DNA of 64,000 bases from Camelus dromedarius. Its lineage: Eukaryota. Of this stretch, positions 1 to 9,670 are shown piece after piece; position 1 is the first letter of the stretch, and each line of letters begins with the position of its first letter. The DNA is taken from assembly GCF_036321535.1 (NCBI RefSeq), contig NC_087437.1, positions 93,498,001 to 93,562,000 of the forward strand, given 5' to 3'. The notes below the pieces were generated by a model. That model was not told where the DNA came from, did no database searches, and was given only the letters and a program-made list of their open reading frames with translations. The translations under genes were made by a program, and so were the position numbers.

Positions 1-139
1 ACAGTGTAAACCACTTTCATGTGGAGTAGATCATCTGAGAGTCATAGTACCTTGAGGAATTTGACGTATCCAATAGCATAATTTTCCAGATGAAAGTAGA
101 AATGCTCAGGTAGTACTTATTAATATCATAATGATGACA

Positions 140-365
140 AGATCTTACTTTCATTGAATGCTTAGAATATGCCAAAACTTGCACTGAACATGTTAATGCT
201 CAAGGAAACCCTGGCGGTAAGTTCTATCATAACCACAATTTAAGAACTGAGGAAGATATGATTGAAGAATTAAGTTCTTTCCAGAGATACACAGGTAGTA
301 GTTAGATGATCAGGCACATTCACAATGCTAGTCACACTGAGATAACAGGGATCTGAACTTGTCTA
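140..365 (-). mobile_element. MIR SINE (degraded)
   Basis: Reverse MIR core/tail motifs (tcattgaatgctta..., aactgaggaa..., ttaag...cacaggtagta...gggatctgaac). Confidence 0.6.
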
Positions 366-547
366 TCGCAATAACAGTAATTGGATAATATCTAATATTA
401 TTACTATGAACAAGAATCACTGTATATTCAGATGTGTTTAGTAGGTAATTTTTTAGAAAGACTTATTTCACTGATTTATATCTCTTGTTGATTACTTCCC
501 TATCTGCATCTCTATTCCTAATTTCCTTTCTGATTTGTAGACCTAGC

Positions 548-760
548 TACTTGAACAGCAAATAGTTCAGTTAGGCTGGAGCATAGATTTTAAGAACGAG
601 GAGTGTGTTATAATACTGGGAAGGATAGCTACTGACAAACAAAGTGGGGCCAATATATGAAGGACATTAAATATCAGGCTGAGAACTGTGGTCTTTATCG
701 CTAAGTGAAGGAGCCAGCAGGGACTCTGGTTGGAATTGTGTACTTGATCATATTTCTCAA
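548..760 (-). mobile_element. L2 LINE fragment
   Basis: Typical antisense L2 motifs (aggctggagcatag; gaaggagccagcaggg...tgatcatattt). Confidence 0.55.
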
Positions 761-869
761 GACACAGTTCTGAAATAGATACTATTAATTCTCTCTTGGA
801 CCAGATAACTTGCTTCCTACCTTAATTAATTTAATTAATTTCTCATGTTGTTCTACTAGAAAAGCATCA

Positions 870-1652
870 TTGTCTCTACATGGACTACAGAGTAAAGCCC
901 AGATAGGTCAGTCTGAAATTGACTGACCTCAGCCTAAAATTTCAGAAGCACTTGCCCTGCCCTGATGAGATCTTATCTTTGCTAGAAGAGCCTCCCACAT
1001 GCATTTATGCTTCCATCAGGCTATGTTCTGATACGACCTGCATTTCCTAACCTTGGTATTTCCCATACCTGCAGTGCACTCCATCTACACTCCTCTGTAT
1101 GAAAATTTCCCCGATTTATAGTACCTGCTTCAAAGTGCACCTTCTCTGTTATGCTTGTTCTCATCTTTCAGTGAAAACTAATTCTGTAATGCATCTTTTA
1201 TGATTTGGTGGCTCACCAAATGTTGAACGTGTGAAAGAATTGTTCTCTGCACAAATTGTTTCATGAAATTTTGGGTTAAACAAGCTTGAATGGATGTTTC
1301 TTCTGACAAGCCTTCTAGAGGCTTTTATATAGTAGAGTGTATGTCTTGAAGGGGAAATATACCATCCAGCATATTTAACTAAGGAACTTTTTTTTTGGAT
1401 ACTTCTTAATATCTCCTATGATTACTTATTCACAGAATACTATTTGGGAGGAATAGCATTATTTGACACTACTTGTTACATTTATTTAGTTTGTGATTAT
1501 GTTGCAATTATACATGAATATGTGTTCCCTTCCTTGACTGTCAATTCCTGTGAGCAAAAAGTTTATCTTGTTTATACTTGCTTACCTTGACGTAGCTTGA
1601 CAGTTTCATAGCATGTGGAAGTTATTTGCTAAACGATAGTTGAATTTAATGG
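870..1652 (+). mobile_element. L2 LINE 3' end, interrupted by a hAT MITE
   Basis: Degenerate L2 3' terminus ending ...ctaaacgatagttgaatttaatg; cttgactgtcaattcctgtgagc motif. Confidence 0.5.
1205..1452. mobile_element. hAT-Charlie-type non-autonomous DNA transposon (MER-type)
   Basis: gggttaaacaagc...ccttctagaggctttta core with degenerate palindromic ends. Confidence 0.5.
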
Positions 1653-2203
1653 AATCTTTGCATTATGCTTATGGTTTTCAAGAAGAAAATAAGACACTTT
1701 TATTAGTGAATATCTTATGTTAAACATTTTCTACACATATATCATAGATCAAAATATTTCATATATAGAAATATTTTAATTTTATATTGTACCAGTAAGA
1801 TACTGAATGTTGTACTAAGTCCAGCATTTTTACAGAAAAAATTTAAATAACTAATAGAATATTTGGTTTCTACCATAGAATTGTTTAAAATCAGGATTTT
1901 TTTCTTACTTGTCTGTAATTCTGAATAATCTGGAATGACTAGATAGCTCCTTAAAGTATCTTTATTTTTTATAATTTTTAACAATATTTTATGGTTCAGT
2001 AGTTAAGAATGTGTTCTTATTCACCCAATGTTTAAATGATATTTTTGTGTGAGCATTTAAAAACTGAGTTAGAGGATTGTTTTATCCATACAATGGCATA
2101 GAGATATATATAAGATGTGTGGGCAAAGGAACAAAATTGAAATAGACCCCAGACATTTTTCATTTGTCAGATCTCTAGTTTGCACTTTTCCTGTCCTCTA
2201 AAT

Positions 2204-2420
2204 CAGTGGTTCTCAACTGGCAGTGATTTGGTCGTGGGGATATCTGGCAATATCTAGAGACATGTTTGTTTGTTTGTTTGTTTCAACTGAGGATGATATG
2301 CTACTGTATCTAGTGGGTAAAATGCCAGGGATGCTGCTAAACATCCTGAAATGCTCAAGACCACATCCCTGCTCGCCACCCCAACAGAGAATTATCTAGC
2401 CCCAAATAGTATCATGGTTT
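2204..2420 (+). mobile_element. MER20 (hAT-Charlie MITE)
   Basis: cagtggttctcaac start; tctagtgggta...ccagggatgctgctaaacatcct; gaattatctagccccaaat. Confidence 0.9.
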
Positions 2421-2927
2421 ATTAATTATCACAAATATTTGCACAAATATTTGTTTTTAAATATACACTTTGAGCTATCTTGCCAACTTTTGGTTGTTTT
2501 GTTGTTACTCAGAAATACTTTGACAGATGATGCTCAACCTAACTACATACATGGAGGGCATAAGAAAAATTCAATCACAGCAGCCGTAAGAGATTTTCAA
2601 AAAAATCATTGACATCCAAGTTTCAGGTGCCCTCAGTTAATGCTGATTGATCCCTTTTGAGATACTGAGAAATATCCTAGCAATATGTTCATGTGGTTTT
2701 AATTTTATTATTATTATATTACTACTAGTATTAATTATTATACTATTTCAGCGATAAGATAGCTTAGCAGCCGTCTTTTAGACCATTATCATACTTCACT
2801 CTAACTTCCTCTCTGTCATGCCTACTCACCTGTTGGGCAGCTCTGGGATGACCATAGTTGTCACCTTTGAAACATGTGATTTCCTGTGAATTATTTTATC
2901 ATTTAATGATATACATGTTCATACCCA

Positions 2928-3422
2928 GTGTAGAAGGAGCTGTCAGTCCTCCTCCAGCAGTCCCTGCCCTAAGCTGACTTAGGAGCTCAGCTAGGGTTCT
3001 GCTGGACAGTTCCTATGCTCTTCCATGGTTGCCCCTCCTCTCCTTAGGACTTTCTCTGGCTGCGTGAGTGTGCACAGCCCAAGGATATACACAAGCATAG
3101 GGAAGACCAGAAATGCCCAGAAATTACTACCCCAGAACAAGCCTCACTCAGTGAGGAATGGGAATGGTGTAGACCCCAGTTCCCTTGCCCCTTGTTGTGA
3201 CATTCTGAGGTGCATCTAAAATGTCTCTCAAAGAACTCACAACAAGGTTAAGGTCACTTGCTCAAGGTGGTGACTCTATTATTTATGTCCTTTTACTGGC
3301 TCTTTCCTTTCTCGATGTCACCACCTCAATTCTTCACTGTTCTTACGGGATCACCTTCCACATAAGTTAATCACATTCATGTTCTCCTCCAGGAGTCTGT
3401 TTTTCAAAGCCAAACTAAGACA
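2928..3422 (+). mobile_element. ERVL solo LTR, LTR16 family
   Basis: TG...CA ends; begins tgtagaaggagctgtcagt and ends gccaaactaagaca, as in LTR16. Confidence 0.75.
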
Positions 3423-3520
3423 TTTGGTTTTGTATTTGCAAATCTGCGTTATTTTTTCCTGTAAATGACCCCCCTATATTGTGTAAACTTCAAGTCCTAT
3501 ATAACACGGATCCTCCTCTT
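3423..3520 (-). mobile_element. MER53 (hAT) fragment
   Basis: ttttgtattt...ccccctatattgtgtaaacttcaagtcc...ggatcctcctct matches reverse MER53 terminus. Confidence 0.6.
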
Positions 3521-3944
3521 AACATGGCACATTTATTGTGGAAAAATAAAACCCTTAGCTAATTCTGAAAGGTCTTCACTTACCACAGGCCAGCAGGGTA
3601 CACAGTGGGAATTACTGTTCTAGAATCATATAATCTTTAAAAAAAAATGATGAAACTTTCTTTTGAAGTCATGAGGTCTGTCCAGAGAAAAACCTTTAGT
3701 TTTATATTAAGAAAAATACTTTAAAACTCGACCTCTATCATTCCTCAGTAACAGAGCTTAGAGGCTGAAGCAGTGACCTTTGATACCATTTTGACCTGTT
3801 TCATTCAACAGCCATGCCCCTAAAGCTACTGTTAAATTAGAGAAGTTAAACCAACAAACCAAACAAAAACAGCAAGTAAATGTCAATTTGGCTTGCATCC
3901 CCATAAACAAAAGCAAGACTTCTGTAAATAAAAGCAAGTCAGAA

Positions 3945-4390
3945 CTGGATGGGGATGTCTTCAGTGCCTCACAGGATCGGTAATGGGATATGTGGAGCTT
4001 TCCTTTCTGGGTCAGCAGTCTGAATCCAGCCCAGGTCAGTGGAATCCAAAAAAGTCATTATTATTTCACAGCTGATTTACACACTCGGTGGCACGAGTCT
4101 GGTTTTGCTCCAGGTTTTGGAAGACAGGCGTCTGCCGTGGAGTTCTCCCCTCGCACGGTGCAGTAATTGGCCCCCTTGTTAGCAGCCTGGACAAGAAAGG
4201 CCAGGGATTAAATCAGCACTGAAATAGAACAGCACTCTTTGTGGCCGACTCAGGGGCCTCAGTCCACCGGCCAGACAGGATTGATAGCCGAGCAGTGTTT
4301 TCTTTTTCCTACCCTGAGCTGTACAGAGTAAAGAGGAAATTCAGAATACAGGACGTCAGCTTGCCATTTGTCCAGGGCACTTAAAACATT
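3945..4390 (+). mobile_element. LF-SINE (LFSINE_Vert), near full length
   Basis: Colinear blocks matching the recalled consensus: ggtaatgggata..ggagc (3979), aatccagcccaggtc (4023), aaagtcatta (4051), taattggcccccttgttagcagcct...aggccagggatt (4164-4209), agaggaaattcag (4333), gcacttaaa 3' end. Confidence 0.8.
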
Positions 4391-4930
4391 TTGAAAAGAA
4401 AAGGATTTCAAAGTAGCTTATCAAAAATTGCTTTTGGTGTGGAGCTCGGCTTGATGTGTTTCAACGTAAGAGTAAAATGCCGTGGCCAAGTTCTAACCCC
4501 TGAATACGTAAGTTCATCATCACAACAACTTGCAAAGCCCACATTGAAATAGTTCTCTTTCAAGCACTTGGGTGAAAAGCGGGGCTGCGTCCGATTTCCT
4601 TCTGGTTCCATGCTAGGTAATAAATAGAGTGGTCATTTGCAAAGAGTTCATAAATTAAGAAGTAAAAAATAGATTTCCCATGTTCATAATTTTACTTAGG
4701 GTATCTTTTGAAGTGTAGATTATTAGTTTGTCCTAATGCAACACTAGCAACTGAAACTAATCTCCCTAATGAGGTTCATTTGTCCTTTGACAAAGCAATA
4801 AATAGTTTCCTCAAGAAAAACTTAACTAATAGCGTGGCCAATACCTTATAATTAATTTTCTTCCCCAATCCTTGCGAGCATGAAAACAAACAGTAAATTT
4901 TTCATTTGTTCATCTCTTTAGAACAACTGT

Positions 4931-5143
4931 TTAGCAGAGATATGCTTGATTAATGGATTTAATTTGTTCCTTTCTTCTGTAGTCAGTTTTCATATTACGC
5001 TGGTTATCAGAGGATGGGACAATAATGTGGGCATTCTCATTGCACTCCACTCCATCAGTGTCAGCCCTGGCTTCGAGCTCCGGGTCTGCATCTTTAACCT
5101 TTGTCGTCCTGCAGAATCTTTCATCAATCTGTGTTACAGTCAC
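4931..5143 (-). other. Candidate terminal coding exon (unidentified; VTVTQIDERF...QAYLC*)
   Basis: Minus strand has branch-like CTGAC (5175-5171), polypyrimidine tract GCTTCTGCCTTTTCTTCCC, AG, then a 70-codon open frame to TAA with purine-rich first codon positions; no homolog recognised. Confidence 0.3.
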
Positions 5144-5930
5144 CTTGGGAAGAAAAGGCAGAAGCACTCGGTCAGCACTTACAGGTAGTAAAGTGTGTCA
5201 TTATTTCTAACAAAATGCTGGCTGCAGTGCACCTTTCATTTCCAACTGAAATATGATTTGTGGGATCAGCAACCCAACTGTTCAAAGGGAAAAATGGAAA
5301 GTACCGGTCTGGTCACTACAAGGCCCTCTGTAAAAACCAACACGAAATACCTAACTCTTCCCTGCGTACTGAGCACTTTCAAACAGCCAGGGCTAGTTTT
5401 GTAAATTGAATATTATTGATGTCAGATAATGAAAGTACCTATGTAGAGGTCGAATCACATCATAAAAGTATAACAGCAGACTTCATAATACTGACTATTT
5501 CATACTAGGGGAGAAATCTCCATGGTTCAAATCTGTAGTTCACTTGACTTTTCAGTGTGACAAAAATGGCCAAAATTCCAGCTTGAGGGGCTTTTTTATT
5601 ATTATTTTTTAAACCTATGTGTAATATAGGCTTTATGGAAAAACTGAAATGTTTAAAAACCTTTAAGGGATGCCATTTTGGCAATTTTGGTTTTACTCCA
5701 TCATAAAATGTAAAAAGAAAATATGTAGTTGGATTTTTTTGTGTATAAAACGTACTTATATATCATGTTACCAAAGATGTTGGTTATTCTTTGTGTATTA
5801 AAAGATAAAGCTCCAAATTAGTATGTTTAAAATATAGAATATACACACTAAATATGTGCTAGTGGTTTGAAGAAATTTTCACAAACTTATTTTAGATACT
5901 GAGTTCTATGCCCTAAAGAAAATGACCGTT

Positions 5931-6245
5931 CTCAAAAGGTACAAACGAAGTTCTAGTTATAAAATAAACATGTACTAGGGACGTAATGTACAGCATGATG
6001 GCGATTGTTAACGCTGCCATATGCTATATATGAACGTTATTAAGAGAGTGGATCCTAAGAGTTCTCATCACACAGGAAAATTGTCTTTTCGTTTTCTCTT
6101 TTTTGATCTATATGAGATGATGAATGTTAACTAAACTAACTGTGGTAATTATTTCATGATATACGTTAGTCAAATCATTGTGTTGTACCTTAAACTTACA
6201 CAATGTTGTATCTCAGTTACATCTCAATAAAACTGAAAAAATTGG
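5931..6245 (+). mobile_element. L1 3' UTR (L1MA9/10-like)
   Basis: caaaaggtacaaac...gatcctaagagttctcatcac...atctcaataaaactg plus A-rich tail. Confidence 0.9.
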
Positions 6246-6702
6246 GAAAAATAACCTTTTTTTCTATATAACTGAGGATTCTTTTTTTTAAAAAAGTAAA
6301 TTTTATTATTTTTTCTTAGTGTACTTGTTAGTAATATTGGATATTTCTATTATGATAGTAGTATATTGTTTGTAAACTTCAACTGAATATGGCAAAGAAT
6401 AACTTTAAAGCATTATGCTTTTAAATGATTTTGGTATTTATTCCAATCTTTTCTTGACTTAATTTGGATGGTAAAAAATACAATCCAAAATAAAACACTT
6501 GATACTTAAGAAAGCTTCCAACAATTTTAGATTTGAATTAATGTAGAGTCAGGATTCCGGTTCTACTACCATTTTTGTCATTTACTGTTTTCAAGTTATT
6601 AGTCTAGCCATTCATTTTTGTGAGGATAATGCACTCATTATAAACCTCTTAAGTTTGCAAATGTGAAGCTCTGTCCTGTTACTACAAGATGAAACGGCAC
6701 AT

Positions 6703-6718
6703 TAGTGCCTCCTGGTTG
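6703..6718 (-). promoter_or_regulatory. Candidate CTCF motif
   Basis: Minus strand CAACCAGGAGGCACTA resembles the CCASYAGRKGGCRS core; flanked by retained CpGs (6695-6802). Confidence 0.3.
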
Positions 6719-6844
6719 TGCGCTGATTTCGTCAGTATTCCTTATTTTGGCAAGCAGTGTACACAGCAACCTGGTCTTCCCGCTCCGCGTCACACTGCAC
6801 GCCACAGCTCTCCTCCTTGTCATTGCATATGCAACCCTCCAGTC

Positions 6845-7415
6845 ATCCTGAACTTCTTACTGTTCCCTGTGTTATGGCTCTGCCTTTGTATCATGTCTCT
6901 GCCTGGCTCGTGCCAGCTCATCCGTCTTCCCTGCATCTCTGCTCAGTAACCTCCTGCCTATCGTCACAGCTCAGATAAAATGTCCCTTACTCCCTGAAAT
7001 CCTTACACATTATCCCAGATGGAATTAATTCACTCCTTTTTTGTGGCCTTATAGTACTTTAAGTTTCCTAATGTACCAACCACAGTTTGATTTGAAAAAT
7101 AATTATGAGCATATGTACCTGTCCTTACTACTAAATTGCAAGGTCCTTTTATTTTTTTAACAACTATTTTATTTTACTTTTGTTGGGGTAGGTAATTAGG
7201 TTTATTTATTTATTTTGTAATGGAGGTACCAGGGATTGAACCCTAGACCTCACATGTGCTAAGCGTACCCTCTACTGCTGAGCTATATCTTCCCCCTAAA
7301 TTCCAAGGTCTTGAAGTCTAGATTGCATGCTTTTCTAATCTCCTCCCACAGGCGGGGCAAAAATGCTTACATGGAGTGGAGCTCAACAAAATGTATTGAG
7401 TGGATACATGAATAA
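6845..7415 (+). mobile_element. L2 LINE 3' end (host of the SINE insertion)
   Basis: L2 terminus gctcaacaaaatgtattgagtggatacatgaat; ctaaattgcaaggtc motif. Confidence 0.65.
7146..7295 (-). mobile_element. Camelid tRNA-Ala-derived SINE (Vic-1 type)
   Basis: Reverse complement GGGGAAGATATAGCTCAGCAGTAGAG...GGGTTCAATCCCTGGTACCTCC + AATAAA repeats + CCTAATTACCT + A-rich tail; TSD ctaaattgcaaggtc (7131-7145) / ctaaattccaaggtc (7296-7310). Confidence 0.9.
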
Positions 7416-7584
7416 CTTCATCATAAGTTTTTTATTATTCTCAAATCACAAATACATTTTGCCAGATATTATTGTAGAAAGGGGACAGGGGATATATTTT
7501 TTAGGAAAATGGTATTGATATAAAAGCAATTATTTATTTTATTTTCTTTTCCACCTTCTATAACATAATACATTTTATTTAAAT

Positions 7585-7970
7585 TTTTTTCCAGTTTTAT
7601 TGAGATGCAACTGTATACAGCACTGTATAAGTTAAGGTGTACAGCATGATCATTTGACTTACATACATGATCATGAAATGATTACTACAATAAGTTTAGT
7701 GAATATCCATCATCTCATATAGATACACTTTTCTTTTAATTAAAAAAATAATTTTGTATGGTGAGAATACTTAGGATTTACTCTCTTAACAACTTTCATA
7801 TAAAATATACAGCAATGTTAATTATATTTATCATATTGTACATTGTACTCCTAGTTCATATTTATCTTATAACTGGAAGTTTGTGCCTTTTGACTGCCTT
7901 CATCCAATTCCCCCAGCCCTGACCCCCACCTCTGGTAACAGCAAATATGATCTCTTTCTCTACGAGTTTC
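7585..7970 (-). mobile_element. L1 3' UTR (L1MA9/10-like)
   Basis: T-run then ccagttttattgagat...ttaggatttactctcttaac...aactggaagtttgt...ctctggtaac. Confidence 0.9.
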
Positions 7971-8152
7971 TCTCTGACTCTGACTTCCACACTATGTGGA
8001 GAGTGCAGAAGGAGGAAAAAGCAGGTCTTAAAGCAAGAAACCGTCCAAGCTCTGCTCCCAGGGCCTCTGTGTCACCCCTTCACCTAATATGTGTGCTCTG
8101 CCCCACCTCTCTCTCCCTCTGTATTGTTTGAGTTGTTAAGGGGTGACATGTT

Positions 8153-8410
8153 GGTTTTTGAAGTATACTTGACCAGTAACACTGTATGTTAGTTCTTGTT
8201 ACACAACATAGTGCTTAGGTATTTCTGAACAGGTCAAAATAATCATCATAATAAGTCTAGTTACAATATGCCACCATATAAAGATAATACATTATTATTG
8301 ACTGTATTTCCCACACTGTGCATTTCATACCTGTGACTCATTTATTTTGCACCTAGAAGTTATTACCTTTTCATATCCCTCACCTATTTCTTTCCTCCCT
8401 CTACCCATTT
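8153..8410 (-). mobile_element. L1 3' UTR fragment
   Basis: gaagtatacttgac...cccacactgtgcatttcatacctgtgactcattt. Confidence 0.8.
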
Positions 8411-9136
8411 CTGTCATTTTAGATTTTGTAACTTTTTTTTTTCTAAAATAGATCCAGGTAGCAAGATACTACATAACTATGTCATAAATGTGCCTGTAAC
8501 TTTGGATTTCTCAAATTGTTCTGCATTCATGATTTCTCTTCTCTTGTCCCTCAGGTAAATCCTGCCAGACTCCATCCACAGTGTTTTAAAGATTATAAAA
8601 TTTGTTCGTAGAGCTCAGATATGAGAAGGAGAAAGCAAAAAACTCAACAAAACAATTTACATATTAATTTTAACTTAATCTGTTACTAGTAAGATGAACT
8701 TTGATATTGGATGAGAAAAAAATTTAGGGAAAATTATCTGTAATTGGAGAAAGTCTTTAATCAAAACTATGTGATTTAAATCAAAGGAATTTATGAAACT
8801 CCTCCCACAGAAGGTCACTACATGTTTAATAGATGGTATCTCCAGGCCTTTGTCATAAACTCAAAGATTGTCCTTCAAGTCTCAGAAGTTTAAGGATATA
8901 AAAGAGGTCATAAGAATAAAGTCCATATTTGCTGGCTCAAGAAAACCTCAGGCTTCCCTTTAAGATCTCCCCATCCCATCAGATTTGGGGAGGCTTCAGT
9001 GGTGTTCCAGTGGTGTTTCTGTTCTCAGTTGAGTCTGAGGAGCTGTCCCATTAAGCTTCAGCTGCTCATATTTATTCTGCCTAGAAACTGCTGCTGGCCA
9101 CACTCCTGGATTGCATCCTCTTTCTTCCCACTCACC

Positions 9137-9670
9137 CAGCTTTATTGAGATATAACTGACATATAACATTGTGTAAGTTTAAGGTATAAAACATGGTGAT
9201 GATTTGATATACATATATATTATGAAATGATTACCACAATAGGTTAATTAACACATCCATTGCATCATATACATGCCCTCTTTTGTGTTTGTGTGTTTGG
9301 TAAGAATATTTAAAATCTACCTTCTTAGCAACTTTCAAGTATAAAACACAGTATTGCTAATTGTAATCACCATGCTGTACATTAAATCCCCAGAATGTAT
9401 TCATCTTATAAGTGGAAGTTTGTGTCCTTTGACCAACATCTCACTGTTTTTCCCACCTCTCAGCCCCTGCAACCACCAATCTACTCTCTGCTCCTTTGAG
9501 TTTCACTATTTTTTTCATTCTGCATATAAGTGAGATACATAGTATTAATCTTCCTCTGTCTGCCTTATTTCACTTAGCATAATGCTCTTAAGGTTTATCT
9601 ATGTTATCACAAATGGCAGGATTTCTTTCTGCACTATGGCTGAGTAATACTCCATTTTGTGTGTGTGTAT
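9137..9670 (-). mobile_element. L1MA8/9-like 3' end
   Basis: cagctttattgagatataactgacat...cttatttcacttagcataatg...atggctgagtaatactccatt. Confidence 0.9.

Noticed and set aside
4946..5210. Plus-strand ORFs overlapping the minus-strand exon candidate
   Set aside because: Weak donor (CAG|GTAGTA); best explained as antisense shadow or chance
6750..6760. SRF CArG box (ccttattttgg)
   Set aside because: Seven A/T bases rather than the six required
7215..7295. tRNA-Ala gene
   Set aside because: Has a SINE tail and TSD with disrupted stems, so it is a SINE and not a tRNA gene
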